In this document: piece by piece, positions 28,120 through 38,078 of the stretch | Layout of the letters: each line of letters opens with the position of its first letter | Position numbering within the stretch: position 1 is the stretch's first letter | Assembly (NCBI GenBank): GCA_027064425.1 | Contig: JAMOPO010000015.1 | Location: forward strand, 32,001-96,000 | Reading direction: 5' to 3' | Origin: Methanobacteriota archaeon | GTDB lineage: Archaea > JAADCQ01 > Methanopyri > Methanopyrales > Methanopyraceae | DNA length: 64,000 nt | Position numbers and translations under genes: made by a program | The notes under the pieces: generated by a model | Told to the model about the DNA's origin: nothing | The model's database searches: none | The model's input: the letters and a program-made list of their open reading frames with translations, nothing else

Positions 28120-28171
28120 GGCCCGTCCCCCGCTTACCCCCGGTGTCCGTAATACTTGGTAATACCCCCGG

Positions 28172-28693
28172 TCAGCGCCCCCCTTTAATGGCTTTGAGGC
28201 TGATCAGCGCCATCGAGGTCGCGAGCTCGCAGAGGTCCTCCCGCAACACTACCCCGGATGACAGCACCCCAACCGCCCCTGCTCGCCGTCCCACCCCCTC
28301 GACCCCTGCGAGCTCGGAGAATACCTCGCCCACCTCCTCCCCCTCGAGTGCCCGCTCCTGCACCTCCTTCGGCAGCTGGAAGCCGGGACTGGTGCCGACC
28401 GCCTCGCGCCCCTCAGGGTCCAACAGGACGGCCACGTGCAGGTCCACGTAGGCGTCGCCCACCTCAACGAGCCCCGCCTCCAGCCCCACCGCGTAGCACC
28501 CCTCCTCCCACGCCCCCCTGGCGCGGTTGCGGGCCCCGCGGACGACCTCCTCCCAACCCACGGGCTGGGGCGGAACGCCCGACTCCACCTCCACCCCGTC
28601 CACCTCGACCTCCCGGTCCGGGAAGAACCTCAGGAACGCGCGCTGGGCCCCGCGCACCTTCACCGGGTTCTTACTCCCCACCCGAACCCGCAT
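28172..28693 (-). CDS. yjjX: Inosine/xanthosine triphosphatase (YjjX/DUF84)
   Basis: VGSKNPVK, SGVPPQP, GARNRA, GLEAG, GAVGVLS. Confidence 0.9.
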   Translation of the reverse strand: MRVRVGSKNPVKVRGAQRAFLRFFPDREVEVDGVEVESGVPPQPVGWEEVVRGARNRARGAWEEGCYAVGLEAGLVEVGDAYVDLHVAVLLDPEGREAVGTSPGFQLPKEVQERALEGEEVGEVFSELAGVEGVGRRAGAVGVLSSGVVLREDLCELATSMALISLKAIKGGR

Positions 28694-29138
28694 GCCCGTC
28701 CCCCGACTCGCGCAGCTTGGTCGAGGAGATCCGCTCGCCGTTCCGGTCCAGGACGAAGGGAACGACGATAATCGCGAGCGGGTCGAGGCCGCGCTCGCGG
28801 CGCTTCTCGTTGATCTCGACGGCGGTGGGCTCGGTCTCCGGGCTCACCACGAGCGCCTCGAGCTCGGGGTCGTCGAGGGTGATCCCGTACCGGTCGTCCA
28901 GCGGCACGATCTCAACCCGATCCTCCGCGCCCAGCTCCCGGACGAGCTCTCGGACGCGCTCCACCCGGCGCTCGTGGGGCTCGACGCCCCGCTTGCCGAC
29001 TCTCTTCACGAACTCGTCCGTGGTGACGCCGATCACGACCCGCTCGCCCAGTTCCACGGCGACGGAGATGATCCGGCGGTGGCCCGGGTGCAGCCGGTCG
29101 AACGTGCCTCCCACGGCCACCTTGGAGAATCGCCTCAA
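28671..29138 (-). CDS. coaD: Phosphopantetheine adenylyltransferase
   Basis: GGTFDRLHPGH, LVVSPET, ISSTKLR. Confidence 0.93.
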   Translation of the reverse strand: MRRFSKVAVGGTFDRLHPGHRRIISVAVELGERVVIGVTTDEFVKRVGKRGVEPHERRVERVRELVRELGAEDRVEIVPLDDRYGITLDDPELEALVVSPETEPTAVEINEKRRERGLDPLAIIVVPFVLDRNGERISSTKLRESGDGHAGSGGE

Positions 29139-30142
29139 CCCTTCCCACCCAGGATGTCCATGATGGACTGAAGGGCTTCACCCACCTCGAGGAACCCGTG
29201 CCGCAGCTCGCGGAGAACGCGCTGAATCGAGGCCCGGCGGAGGTGCGGGTGCCGCTCGTGCACCTGGTGCAGCAGCGGGCAGGAGTACTTGTAGTCGTGG
29301 AACTCGTCCAGGGCCTCCTCGACCAGCCTCCTCAGCTCGAACTTCGTCTTGGCCAGCGCGGCCGGTACGTGCAGCCTTAGCTTGTTCCCGTCCCGCTGCA
29401 CGCAGTGGTGCCCGGTCGGCAGCCCATCCCCGAACGCCACGACGTCGGTCTCCGCGTGCTCCGTGACGAGCTCCCGAATCCGGTCGTTGCAGCGCCCGCA
29501 GGGGTGTATCCGACCTTCCTCCAGGGACTTCTCGATGATGTCCGAGAAGTCCGCCTCAATGAACTCCGGTTCGGTGCCCAGGTACTCGGCGAGCGCCCGC
29601 ACGTTCTCCTTCATCTTCCTCGGGAGGATCATCGGGCCGGGATCCACGGTCACGAGCTCGACCTCGTAGCCCAGCTTGTGGAGGATGATCGCGGAGGCGG
29701 TGCTGTCGTAGCCCCCGGAGGCGGCCACCGTGATCCGGTGTCCACACGGCTCGAGGCCGTCCCACTCCTCCCAGAAGTCCCAGGGTCGCTCCCCTCGCAG
29801 CCGCTCGGTCTCTATCTCTATACCTTGGAGCACCCGCTCCAGCTCCGGGGCGCGCTCGAGCGCGCGCTCGATGGCCTTTCTCGCCATCTTCAACCGGGTG
29901 AGTCGGGTCTTAAGATCCGTCCAGGCTTGAACCACCACGCGGTCCAGGTCCAGTTCCTCCTTCAGGCGACCGGCGACGTAGCCTCCCGGGCCGATGAAGA
30001 AGGACATGTCCGAGCGGTCGCCGCCGATGATGACCAGCGTGCCGTCTTCCCACCGGACGTCAACCACCTTCGGTTCGGTCCGGCTCTTCGCACCCGCCTC
30101 CCTCCTTAGCCTCTCCACCTCCTTCATCAGGCGCTTCTCCAC
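29135..30142 (-). CDS. PP-loop ATPase with a KH-like N-terminus (COG1365-like)
   Basis: DRSD....IGPGG, ASGGYDS, HPCGRC, FGD, YSCPLL. Confidence 0.85.
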   Translation of the reverse strand: MEKRLMKEVERLRREAGAKSRTEPKVVDVRWEDGTLVIIGGDRSDMSFFIGPGGYVAGRLKEELDLDRVVVQAWTDLKTRLTRLKMARKAIERALERAPELERVLQGIEIETERLRGERPWDFWEEWDGLEPCGHRITVAASGGYDSTASAIILHKLGYEVELVTVDPGPMILPRKMKENVRALAEYLGTEPEFIEADFSDIIEKSLEEGRIHPCGRCNDRIRELVTEHAETDVVAFGDGLPTGHHCVQRDGNKLRLHVPAALAKTKFELRRLVEEALDEFHDYKYSCPLLHQVHERHPHLRRASIQRVLRELRHGFLEVGEALQSIMDILGGKG

Positions 30143-30878
30143 GGCCCTTACCCCATCGAACGGCTTTCGGTTCCTGGCGGTAGACTAGGCCCGCCTCCTC
30201 CTCAGGGGCCCACTCGCGCACGATCTCGGCGACCTTCTCCGCGTCCTTAACGACCACGACCAGGGAGTGGTCGTCCGAGAGCATCTTGGACCGGCCCTCA
30301 ATGACCTCGATGGCGTCGCCGAACACGTCCTTGATGGTGTCCACGACGATGTACTTGTCCTCGCCCGAGACGTGGATGCACCCGGTCTCTTTGTTGTAAT
30401 ACACCTCACCGCTGAGACCGGACTTAGCAATGGCCTTCATGACGACCTCAGCCAGCCTCCTCGTGACCTGCTTGCGGCTCAAAATTTTAACCGCCAGCTC
30501 CGCCTCCAGGTCCCCGGAGACGACGCGAACCTCGTCTCCGACTTCCGTTCCGCTCCGTGAAACCGTCCCCGCGGGCAGCTCTACAACCTCCTCCGCCTCT
30601 TCCCGCGGCACGTACACGCGCCATGGGCGGAGTTCTTCGACCGCGTCGACCACCTCGCCGTCGTCCAGGAAGAGGACGTCGATTGGGAACCTCATGAAGA
30701 ACGTGTGGATCGCGCAGGTTCGCCGTCCGCGCCTCGGCGGGCGGAGGACCAGACCCTCTCCGTACTCGAGGCGCTTCTTGAACATCAGCCCGCGGAGCCG
30801 GCGGAGGAAGGTGTCCGCGACTTCGGCCCGGTGGGCCAGGACCACGCCCTTGCTCTCGTTGATCACGGCGGCCCGCAA
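30060..30878 (-). CDS. DUF192 family protein fused to an unknown C-terminal domain
   Basis: ADTFLRRLRGLMF, IHTFFMRFPIDVLFLD, VVELPAG; frame continues for about 150 aa. Confidence 0.75.
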   Translation of the reverse strand: MRAAVINESKGVVLAHRAEVADTFLRRLRGLMFKKRLEYGEGLVLRPPRRGRRTCAIHTFFMRFPIDVLFLDDGEVVDAVEELRPWRVYVPREEAEEVVELPAGTVSRSGTEVGDEVRVVSGDLEAELAVKILSRKQVTRRLAEVVMKAIAKSGLSGEVYYNKETGCIHVSGEDKYIVVDTIKDVFGDAIEVIEGRSKMLSDDHSLVVVVKDAEKVAEIVREWAPEEEAGLVYRQEPKAVRWGKGRGEAPDEGGGEAKEGGGCEEPDRTEGG

Positions 30879-30911
30879 CCCGACCAAACACCCCGTAGGG
30901 GGTCGATTCCG

Positions 30912-31718
30912 GTGTCGTCGATCGAGGGAGCGGTCAGGCGGATGGTCTCCTGCCTCGAGGTTAAGGCGGTGGTCGCGGATTTCGACGCGGACGTGGACGT
31001 TCCGACGGTCAAGGTTCCGGCCGATCTCCTGGACTCCGTCGGCCCCGTCGAGGCCTGCGCCAAGACGGGGGTGAAGGCGGGGGACTTCATTCTGCTGGCC
31101 TCAAAGGAGGCCGGAACCGTGACCTACCGGCCCGTCCGGCCCGAGGAGGAGCGCCTCGCCGGGCTGGAATCGTACAACGTCGTTAGCCGGCTGCTCTCGC
31201 TCCTCTCCGAGCTTGCGCTCGAGGGTGTTGAGGGGGAGCGGGTCGGTACGCTCTGCGTGGTCTCGGATGAGGCGGAGGGGATGTACCGAACGACGCTACC
31301 CATCCGTGTGGAAGGCGTGAACGTGATGACGGAGGAGGGGGGTCGCGTGCTCAAGGCCCTCTCCCGGCTGGACGGTGCGATCGTGATCAACTCGGACGGC
31401 AGCGTCGAGGCCGTCGGTGCCATTTTCGACGTTAACTCCGACAGCGTGCGTCCCGGACTCGGCGCGCGGCACACCACGGCCCTGCACGTGTCCCGGGAGC
31501 TGGCGTGTCCCGTAATAGTATTATCAGAATCGGGCCGGGTGCGCCTCTACTACCGAGGAAAGGAGGTTCTGGAGGTGCCGGCACGGGGAGCGCCGCGGGG
31601 GCCGAGTGCGGATGACGAAGAACATCGTGGTGAGCACGCTGCGGGAGAGTCCGTTCACGGGCGGGGACGTGGAGATAGTCGAGCGCAAGGGCGTGGGTCA
31701 TCCAGACAGCCTCGCTGA
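30912..31718 (+). CDS. Diadenylate cyclase (DisA_N/DAC domain, DacZ-like)
   Basis: [31 protein letters not shown]. Confidence 0.8.
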   Translation: MSSIEGAVRRMVSCLEVKAVVADFDADVDVPTVKVPADLLDSVGPVEACAKTGVKAGDFILLASKEAGTVTYRPVRPEEERLAGLESYNVVSRLLSLLSELALEGVEGERVGTLCVVSDEAEGMYRTTLPIRVEGVNVMTEEGGRVLKALSRLDGAIVINSDGSVEAVGAIFDVNSDSVRPGLGARHTTALHVSRELACPVIVLSESGRVRLYYRGKEVLEVPARGAPRGPSADDEEHRGEHAAGESVHGRGRGDSRAQGRGSSRQPR

Positions 31719-32805
31719 CGGAATCGCGGAGAGCGTGTCTCGGGCGCTCTGCCGGGAGTACCTGAAGCGGTTCGACCGGATCCTCCATCACAACACGGAC
31801 GAGGTGCAGCTGGTCGCGGGCGAGGCCAAGCCCGAGTTCGGCGGCGGCGAGGTCATCCGGCCCATTTACATCCTGATCACCGGCCGGGCGACCGCTTACG
31901 TGGGTGACGAGGAGGTCCCGGTCGGGACGATCGCCCTGGAGGCCGCCCGCGAGTACCTGGACGAGACGCTGAGGTACCTCGACGTGGACCGACACGTCGT
32001 CCTGGAGCCCAAGATCGGGCACGGGTCAGCGGACCTAAGGGACGTGTTCGAGCGCGGTGAGGAGGTCCCCCTGGCGAACGACACCTCGTTCGGCGTGGGC
32101 TTTGCCCCGCTCACGACGACGGAGAAGCTGGTCTACGAGACGGAGCGGTTCATCAACTCGGACCGGCTCAAGAAGGACCTGCCCGAGGTCGGCGAGGACG
32201 TGAAGGTGATGGGCCTCCGCGAGGGGGACAGGATCGAGCTCACCATCGCCGCGGCGATGATTTCGCGGCTGATCGACGACCTCGACCACTACATCTCCGT
32301 GGTTGAGGAGCTGCAGGACAGGGTGAAGGACCTCGTCGCCGAGATCGCCCCGGACGCGGACGTCGCGGTGCACATCAACACGGCGGACGACTACGAGCGG
32401 GAGTCGGTGTACCTGACGGTCACCGGCACGTCCGCCGAGCAGGGAGACGACGGGTCCGTGGGCCGGGGCAACCGGGTGAACGGGCTGATCACCCCGTGCC
32501 GGCCCATGAGCATGGAGGCGGCGGCCGGGAAGAACCCGGTCAACCATGTCGGGAAGCTGTACAACGTGCTGGCGCGCCGGATGGCCAAGCGGATCTACGA
32601 GGAGACCTCCGCGGACGAGGTGTACGTGCGCCTGCTGAGCCAGATCGGGCACCCGATCAACGACCCGAAGGCCGTAGACATCCAGCTGGTCGGCGACGTA
32701 GGGCGCGAGGACGTGGATCGAGCGGAGAAGATCGCGGACGAGATGCTCGAGGGCATCACCGAGCTCACCGAGGAGTTCGTGCGCGGTGAGATCGAGGTGT
32801 TCTAA
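31606..32805 (+). CDS. mat: Archaeal S-adenosylmethionine synthetase
   Basis: [47 protein letters not shown]. Confidence 0.97.
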   Translation: MRMTKNIVVSTLRESPFTGGDVEIVERKGVGHPDSLADGIAESVSRALCREYLKRFDRILHHNTDEVQLVAGEAKPEFGGGEVIRPIYILITGRATAYVGDEEVPVGTIALEAAREYLDETLRYLDVDRHVVLEPKIGHGSADLRDVFERGEEVPLANDTSFGVGFAPLTTTEKLVYETERFINSDRLKKDLPEVGEDVKVMGLREGDRIELTIAAAMISRLIDDLDHYISVVEELQDRVKDLVAEIAPDADVAVHINTADDYERESVYLTVTGTSAEQGDDGSVGRGNRVNGLITPCRPMSMEAAAGKNPVNHVGKLYNVLARRMAKRIYEETSADEVYVRLLSQIGHPINDPKAVDIQLVGDVGREDVDRAEKIADEMLEGITELTEEFVRGEIEVF

Positions 32806-34166
32806 AGCCGGTGGTGCGGCCCGTCCGCCGGCTCGAACCCGCCGATCGTCCGCCCCCGCTCAATCTCCCCAACCAGGTTGGTCCGCATCATCCGCTCCAC
32901 TTCCTCCAGGTCGTCCGTCTCGTTGAGCACGTACATCAGCTTAACGTAGGCCACCTCCGGCAGCATGTCCTCACCCGGAATCACGCCCGCCGCCCGGAGC
33001 AGCCGCCCCGTCCGGTACACGTTCATGTTGACGCGGCCGTACAGGCACTGCGAGGTCATCACCACCGCTACGCCCTCGTCCACCGCCCGCTCGATGGAGT
33101 CCAGCCACCGCTCCGACACGTGACCCAGCCCCGTACCCTCCAGCACGATCCCTCGGTATCCCTTGTCCACGTAGAAGTCCAGGACCTCGGGATCCATGCC
33201 CGGGGCGAACTTCACCAGCGCGACCCGCTCCTCGAACCCTCCCGACAGCTCCGGTTCACCGTCCTCCGGCTCCCGGTAATCCTCACGCAGGTACTCGACG
33301 CTCGGGTTGCGGAGGTCCCGCACGTCCACCTTAGCGATCGGCAGCGACTCGATCGAGCGGAACGCGTCCCGGCGCGAGGTGTGCATCTTGCGCACCCGGA
33401 CGCCGCGGTGCACCAGACAGACCTCGTCCGCCGTCCACCCGTGCATGCAGACGGTGACCTCGCCCACCTTGCCCTCGCCCGCGAACTTGCACGCGGCGAT
33501 CAGGTTCGACGCCGCGTCCGAGGAGGGCCGGTCCGAGCTCCGCTGCGCCCCCACCAGAACCACCGGCCCGGGCAGCCCGTCCAGGAGGAACGACAGCGCC
33601 GCCGCGGTGAACGCCATCGTGTCCGTACCGTGCGCGACCACGACCCCGTCCACGTCCGGGTCCGAGAGCGCGTCCGCCACCTCCTCCGCGATCTTGACCC
33701 AGTGCTTCGGCTCCATGTTCTCGCTCAGCAGGTCCATGACGGCCCGCACGTCCGCGATGTTAACCACGTCCGGCAGCTCCGGCACCGCGCTCACCAGCTC
33801 CTCCGCCGTGAACGCCGGCTTCACGGCTCCCGTCTCGTAGTCCACGCGGCACGCGATCGTACCGCCCGTCGACATCACGGCCACGTTGGGCAGGGACGGG
33901 TCCTCCGGAATCTCCCCCTCCAGCGGGCGGAACTCCGGCTCTCGCCGCTCCCCGACCGGCTCCAGCCGCTCGATGCGGTCCACTCGCACGCCCACGTTGT
34001 ACCCGTTGTCCATCTTGATGACCAGGTGGCGGTCGTCGCCCAGCTCGGATCTCGGCATGATGATACCCTCGATTTCCACCCCGTCGTCACGCACTATCCT
34101 GACCCTGTCCCCCACCTCCACGCCGTGCTCCTCCAGGAACCTCCGAGCCTCGCCCTTGTACTCCAT
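32802..34166 (-). CDS. gatD: Glu-tRNA(Gln) amidotransferase subunit D
   Basis: [46 protein letters not shown]. Confidence 0.97.
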   Translation of the reverse strand: MEYKGEARRFLEEHGVEVGDRVRIVRDDGVEIEGIIMPRSELGDDRHLVIKMDNGYNVGVRVDRIERLEPVGERREPEFRPLEGEIPEDPSLPNVAVMSTGGTIACRVDYETGAVKPAFTAEELVSAVPELPDVVNIADVRAVMDLLSENMEPKHWVKIAEEVADALSDPDVDGVVVAHGTDTMAFTAAALSFLLDGLPGPVVLVGAQRSSDRPSSDAASNLIAACKFAGEGKVGEVTVCMHGWTADEVCLVHRGVRVRKMHTSRRDAFRSIESLPIAKVDVRDLRNPSVEYLREDYREPEDGEPELSGGFEERVALVKFAPGMDPEVLDFYVDKGYRGIVLEGTGLGHVSERWLDSIERAVDEGVAVVMTSQCLYGRVNMNVYRTGRLLRAAGVIPGEDMLPEVAYVKLMYVLNETDDLEEVERMMRTNLVGEIERGRTIGGFEPADGPHHRL

Positions 34167-34192
34167 TCCCGAGCCCCCCCGGGGGGTCGACG

Positions 34193-34798
34193 TTGAGGGT
34201 GGCGGTCGTGGAGTACGGGGTTGGGAACCTCAACAGCGTCTGCCGGGCCGTCCAGGAGGTGGGGGGCGACCCCGAGCTGACCCGGGATCCCCGGGATATA
34301 AGGGAAGTTGACGCCGTGATCCTGCCCGGGGTCGGGCACTTCGGCGCGGCCGCCAGGGAGCTGGAAGAGACCGGCCTCAAGGACGAGCTCCTGGACGTGG
34401 TCGGCTCCATCCCCGTGCTGGGCATCTGCCTCGGGATGCAGCTGCTCATGGAGTCCAGCGAGGAGGACCCGTCCGTCGAGGGGCTAGGTGTCTTCCGGGG
34501 CACGTGCGTGGAGCTGCCGGAGGGCGTCAAGCGGCCTCACATGGGGTGGAACGAGGTCAGGTTCCGCGCGGAGGAGTTCTCAGAGTTCGACGGTTCCATG
34601 TTCTACTTCGCCCACTCCTACCGGGTCGCCCCGGAGGACGACCGGGTGGTTCTCGCGGTGACCGAGTACGGGGAGGAGTTTCCCAGCATGATCGGGGACG
34701 TTGGCAAGCTGGTGTACGGGGTCCAGTTTCATCCTGAAAAGAGCGGGCCAATAGGGTTAAAGCTGCTGGAGCGGGTGCTATGGGGGGCAGATCGATGA
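34193..34798 (+). CDS. hisH: Imidazole glycerol phosphate synthase glutaminase subunit
   Basis: YGVGNL, LPGVG, GICLGMQ, PHMGWN, QFHPEKS. Confidence 0.96.
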   Translation: MRVAVVEYGVGNLNSVCRAVQEVGGDPELTRDPRDIREVDAVILPGVGHFGAAARELEETGLKDELLDVVGSIPVLGICLGMQLLMESSEEDPSVEGLGVFRGTCVELPEGVKRPHMGWNEVRFRAEEFSEFDGSMFYFAHSYRVAPEDDRVVLAVTEYGEEFPSMIGDVGKLVYGVQFHPEKSGPIGLKLLERVLWGADR

Positions 34799-35295
34799 GG
34801 CTGGTTAGGGAGGAAATTTTCGGTAGAGTGGAGGAGTCGCTGAAGAACCTTGATGAGGCCCGAGCCACGCTGGGAGACGAGATCAAACTGTCCGCCGTTC
34901 GGTACATGCTCGCATCAATGGTGCTAACGCTGGGCCGTGGCGCCGGATCAACGTTTTATCGGGCCGGCTTCGATATCGGCGTCTACAAGGCTGAAGGTGA
35001 GGGTGTGGAAGGGCTGGAAGAAGCGCTCGAGTACATCAAGGAGAAGTTCATGGATACCAAGTTAGGAGTAATCGAGAAGGCTGAGGCTAAGGACGATGAC
35101 AGTGTCGAGATCGTAATGAAAGAGTCCGCCACCGCGGCCGGCTACTCCGTGGACGAGAAGCTCTGCTACTTCCAGGCCGGCTTCATGGCGGGTGTGCTAA
35201 GGGCGGCGACCGGAGACCGGTGGGAGGTGAGGGAGGTCGAGTGCGTGGCCGAAGGACACGACGCGTGCAGGTTCATCGCTCAGCGGAGGGGGTAA
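34795..35295 (+). CDS. V4R-domain protein
   Basis: [18 protein letters not shown]...C.F. Confidence 0.85.
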   Translation: MRLVREEIFGRVEESLKNLDEARATLGDEIKLSAVRYMLASMVLTLGRGAGSTFYRAGFDIGVYKAEGEGVEGLEEALEYIKEKFMDTKLGVIEKAEAKDDDSVEIVMKESATAAGYSVDEKLCYFQAGFMAGVLRAATGDRWEVREVECVAEGHDACRFIAQRRG

Positions 35296-35296
35296 C

Positions 35297-35923
35297 GTGG
35301 AGCGGGTCGTCGTGCACGGCACCCTGGTCGACGTCTTCGGGGTGGGCGTCTTACTGGTGGGGCCTCGGGGCGTCGGGAAGAGCGAAACGTCCCTCGAGCT
35401 GATACGGCGCGGCCACCGGCTGGTCTCCGACGACGCGGTGATCGTGGAGTACGACGAGCACCATGAGTACCCGATCGGGAGGCCGCCCAAGAACCTGGCA
35501 GGCAAGGTCGAGATCCGTCTGGCGCTGGCGGAGCTGTACTGCCCGGAGTGCGGGCGGGTTTACTCCTTCTCCGCGGTCCGGATGAAGAAAGGGTGCGAGT
35601 GCGGCGGTGAGGTCAAGCTCCGGCCGATTCAGGACAAGATCGACGTGGACGTGGCGGAGCTGTACGGTGTCCGGGCGCTGCGCAGCCGAAAGGGGATCGG
35701 CGTCGTGATCAAGATGATTCCCGGGCCGCATCACCCGCACCACGATCCGTCGATGAAGCCGGACGACGCCGTGTCCTCGACGCCGGAGGAGGAGCGGAAA
35801 GTAATCGAGTGGGTGAAGGAGCGGGGAGGCAAGGTCTTCCACCTGGACGTCGTCCCGGGCCGGGATTTGGCAACCCTCATAGAAACGATCGCACTTCAGG
35901 AGAGCCTGCGGCGGAGGAGGTGA
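35297..35923 (+). CDS. HPr kinase/phosphorylase-like protein with an inserted Zn ribbon
   Basis: [41 protein letters not shown]; CPECG...CECGG insert; [10 protein letters not shown]. Confidence 0.88.
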   Translation: MERVVVHGTLVDVFGVGVLLVGPRGVGKSETSLELIRRGHRLVSDDAVIVEYDEHHEYPIGRPPKNLAGKVEIRLALAELYCPECGRVYSFSAVRMKKGCECGGEVKLRPIQDKIDVDVAELYGVRALRSRKGIGVVIKMIPGPHHPHHDPSMKPDDAVSSTPEEERKVIEWVKERGGKVFHLDVVPGRDLATLIETIALQESLRRRR

Positions 35924-35927
35924 ACCG

Positions 35928-36287
35928 TTGGCGGTCACGATCCCGGACTGGCTGGGCGCGGCCCTCCTGTTGTCGTTCAGCGACGAGCTGCACACCCGGC
36001 TCGTCTGGGGCCCGCTCCGGAACCACTACCTACTCCTCGGCGCTTACCTCCGGGTCCGCCATTCGCCACTGTTCGTCTGGTTCGTTCACGAGTCCCTCGA
36101 GCTGATCTTCCACGCGATCATCCTGTCGCTGGTCCTTCCCGTCACCATGGCTTTGACGGCCGCCCTACTCCACTTCTCGCTCGACCTGGTGCACGAGGCC
36201 CTCCTCGGAACGCTCAGGAACCCTTACCTCCACAGGGCCTTCCATCTCGGAACGGAATCGGCCGTGCTCTACTGCGTGTGGGGGTAG
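35928..36287 (+). CDS. His-rich membrane protein of unknown function
   Basis: Hydrophobic, with DELH, HE, FH, HxxxDxxH, HxxxH motifs. Confidence 0.65.
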   Translation: MAVTIPDWLGAALLLSFSDELHTRLVWGPLRNHYLLLGAYLRVRHSPLFVWFVHESLELIFHAIILSLVLPVTMALTAALLHFSLDLVHEALLGTLRNPYLHRAFHLGTESAVLYCVWG

Positions 36288-36293
36288 CCCGGA

Positions 36294-36572
36294 TTGCGCG
36301 TGCTCCGCGACCTCATCGGCAAGCCCGTGATCGACTCCTCCGCCCGGAACATTGGGGACGTCGTGGACGTGGAGATCGACGAGGAGTCGGGCCAGGTCAG
36401 CGCGATCCTGGTGGGCCACTCCAAGCGCCCCGGCGTGTTGCGCAGGGTCAAGTGGCTCGGAGGCAGGGAGAAGCTGATCAGGATCCCGTACTCCCGCATC
36501 ATTGCCATTGAGGACGCGGTGCTGGTTGAAGGGGAGTGGGATCGGGAGAAGAGCGCGGAGGAGGAGTCATGA
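36294..36572 (+). CDS. PRC-barrel protein
   Basis: LIGKPVIDSSARNIGDVVDVEID...G.V, IPYSRIIAIEDAVLV. Confidence 0.88.
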   Translation: MRVLRDLIGKPVIDSSARNIGDVVDVEIDEESGQVSAILVGHSKRPGVLRRVKWLGGREKLIRIPYSRIIAIEDAVLVEGEWDREKSAEEES

Positions 36573-37213
36573 GGGTCAGGGAGGTCGACATCATCCAGGC
36601 GCTGCGGGATCGAGCCGAGGACCCGCTCGAGTTCCCAGTCGTGAGCGGGGTTCCGGTGGACCTCTACGACCGCGCGGAGAAGCACGCCTACCTGGCCGCC
36701 GTCCCGGAAACGTTGGAGCGGAAGCTCGGGAGAGCGGCGCTCCTCCTGGGCCGGGTCCCGAGGGTCTCGCTGGCCGTCCCCTCCCGAGAGGTGGACGAGG
36801 TGAGGTTGGCCGCGGAGGAGATGGGAATTGGGCTCCTCTCCTACCGGAACGGGGAGCTCGAGACCGTGGTGGAGCCGGAGGAGCGGGACGTTGACCCGGA
36901 GGTGGAGGCGCCGTGGGAGCGAGCCGAAGAGCTCGCAGAGCTGCTGAAGGCCGTGTCGGACGAGCGCCGACTCACGGCTCTGAGGCTGCTCGAGCACGGT
37001 GAGGAGTGCCTGTGTAAGATCGCCGAGGCGCTGGGGGAGAGCGAGCCTTCCACGGTGTACCACCTGAACCAGCTCCTCGAGGCCGGCCTCCTCGAGAAGC
37101 GGTCCGAGGGCGGGAAGACGTTCTACCGGCTCACGGAGCGCGGGCGCATCGTGGTTCAGGTCCTCAAAAGGCTTGAAGACCGGCTGAGACCAGGCTCGAG
37201 GCCAGGTGAGTGA
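36569..37213 (+). CDS. ArsR/SmtB-family regulator with an extra N-terminal domain
   Basis: LKAVSDERRL..L, CLCKIA, YHL..L..AGLL, FYRLT. Confidence 0.8.
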   Translation: MRVREVDIIQALRDRAEDPLEFPVVSGVPVDLYDRAEKHAYLAAVPETLERKLGRAALLLGRVPRVSLAVPSREVDEVRLAAEEMGIGLLSYRNGELETVVEPEERDVDPEVEAPWERAEELAELLKAVSDERRLTALRLLEHGEECLCKIAEALGESEPSTVYHLNQLLEAGLLEKRSEGGKTFYRLTERGRIVVQVLKRLEDRLRPGSRPGE

Positions 37214-38078
37214 TCACCGGCGCCAGGATCGCGACCACCCACACCGCGCCCGCCGCGTCCATGACCTCCTCCCACCCCGGTAACGAGCTCCCTCCCCGGA
37301 GCACGTACTCGCCCGGCTTCTCCAACCTCACCCGCAGCGCGCACGCGCCCACGTACATCGGCAGCCAGGAGCACGGGCTCTCCACCTCCCTCACCGCCGC
37401 CCGCACCCCGGAGATCGACGCGGACGCCACCCACCAGGGCAGCGCCACCGTCAGCACCAGGGCACAGCACGGCAGCGCGGCCAGGTTCATCGCGTCGTCC
37501 ATCCTCGCCGGCACCTTACCGAACGCCTCAAGCTTGCCCTCCCGATAGCCGAACATCGCGTCCGCGATGTTAACGGCTCGGTAGACCGGAACCGCCCACC
37601 ACCCGGCCACGTGGAACCACCAGAGCGGTCCGACCAGCGAGTCCAGGAGGTTCTCATAGCAGCTCTCCACCGCGGCCGACGCCACCCTACCCTCATCCAG
37701 CCGGCTAACGTCCCGGCTCACCAGGAGCCGGACTCGCTCCCGCGCCCCCTCGAGATCCCCTCGACGGAGCCGCTCGCCGACCTGAACAACGTGCTCCACG
37801 AGGCCCCTCGCTGAGAGACAGACCCAGAGCACCAGCGCGTCCCCGACCGCCGGGATCAGGTGCAGCAGCGCGCAGACGCCCGTCAGCACCGCGATCCCGG
37901 CCGCCAGCGTCACCCCACCGCCGAGGACCAGGCCGAGCCTGGACTCACCTCGCAACAGCCGCCCGGCGACGATCTCCATCACACGACCGGCCCAGGCGAC
38001 GGGGTGAAAGGGGTCGGGCGGATCCCCGACCAAGAGATCAAGAGCCACCGCCAGGTACGTCGTCAGCAGCGGATCCAT
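37164..38078 (-). CDS. cbiB: Adenosylcobinamide-phosphate synthase CbiB/CobD
   Basis: GDP...HPV, LVSRD, AAVES..EN..D, YRAVN..DAM.GY, ARMDD..N. Confidence 0.9.
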   Translation of the reverse strand: MDPLLTTYLAVALDLLVGDPPDPFHPVAWAGRVMEIVAGRLLRGESRLGLVLGGGVTLAAGIAVLTGVCALLHLIPAVGDALVLWVCLSARGLVEHVVQVGERLRRGDLEGARERVRLLVSRDVSRLDEGRVASAAVESCYENLLDSLVGPLWWFHVAGWWAVPVYRAVNIADAMFGYREGKLEAFGKVPARMDDAMNLAALPCCALVLTVALPWWVASASISGVRAAVREVESPCSWLPMYVGACALRVRLEKPGEYVLRGGSSLPGWEEVMDAAGAVWVVAILAPVITHLASSLVSAGLQAF

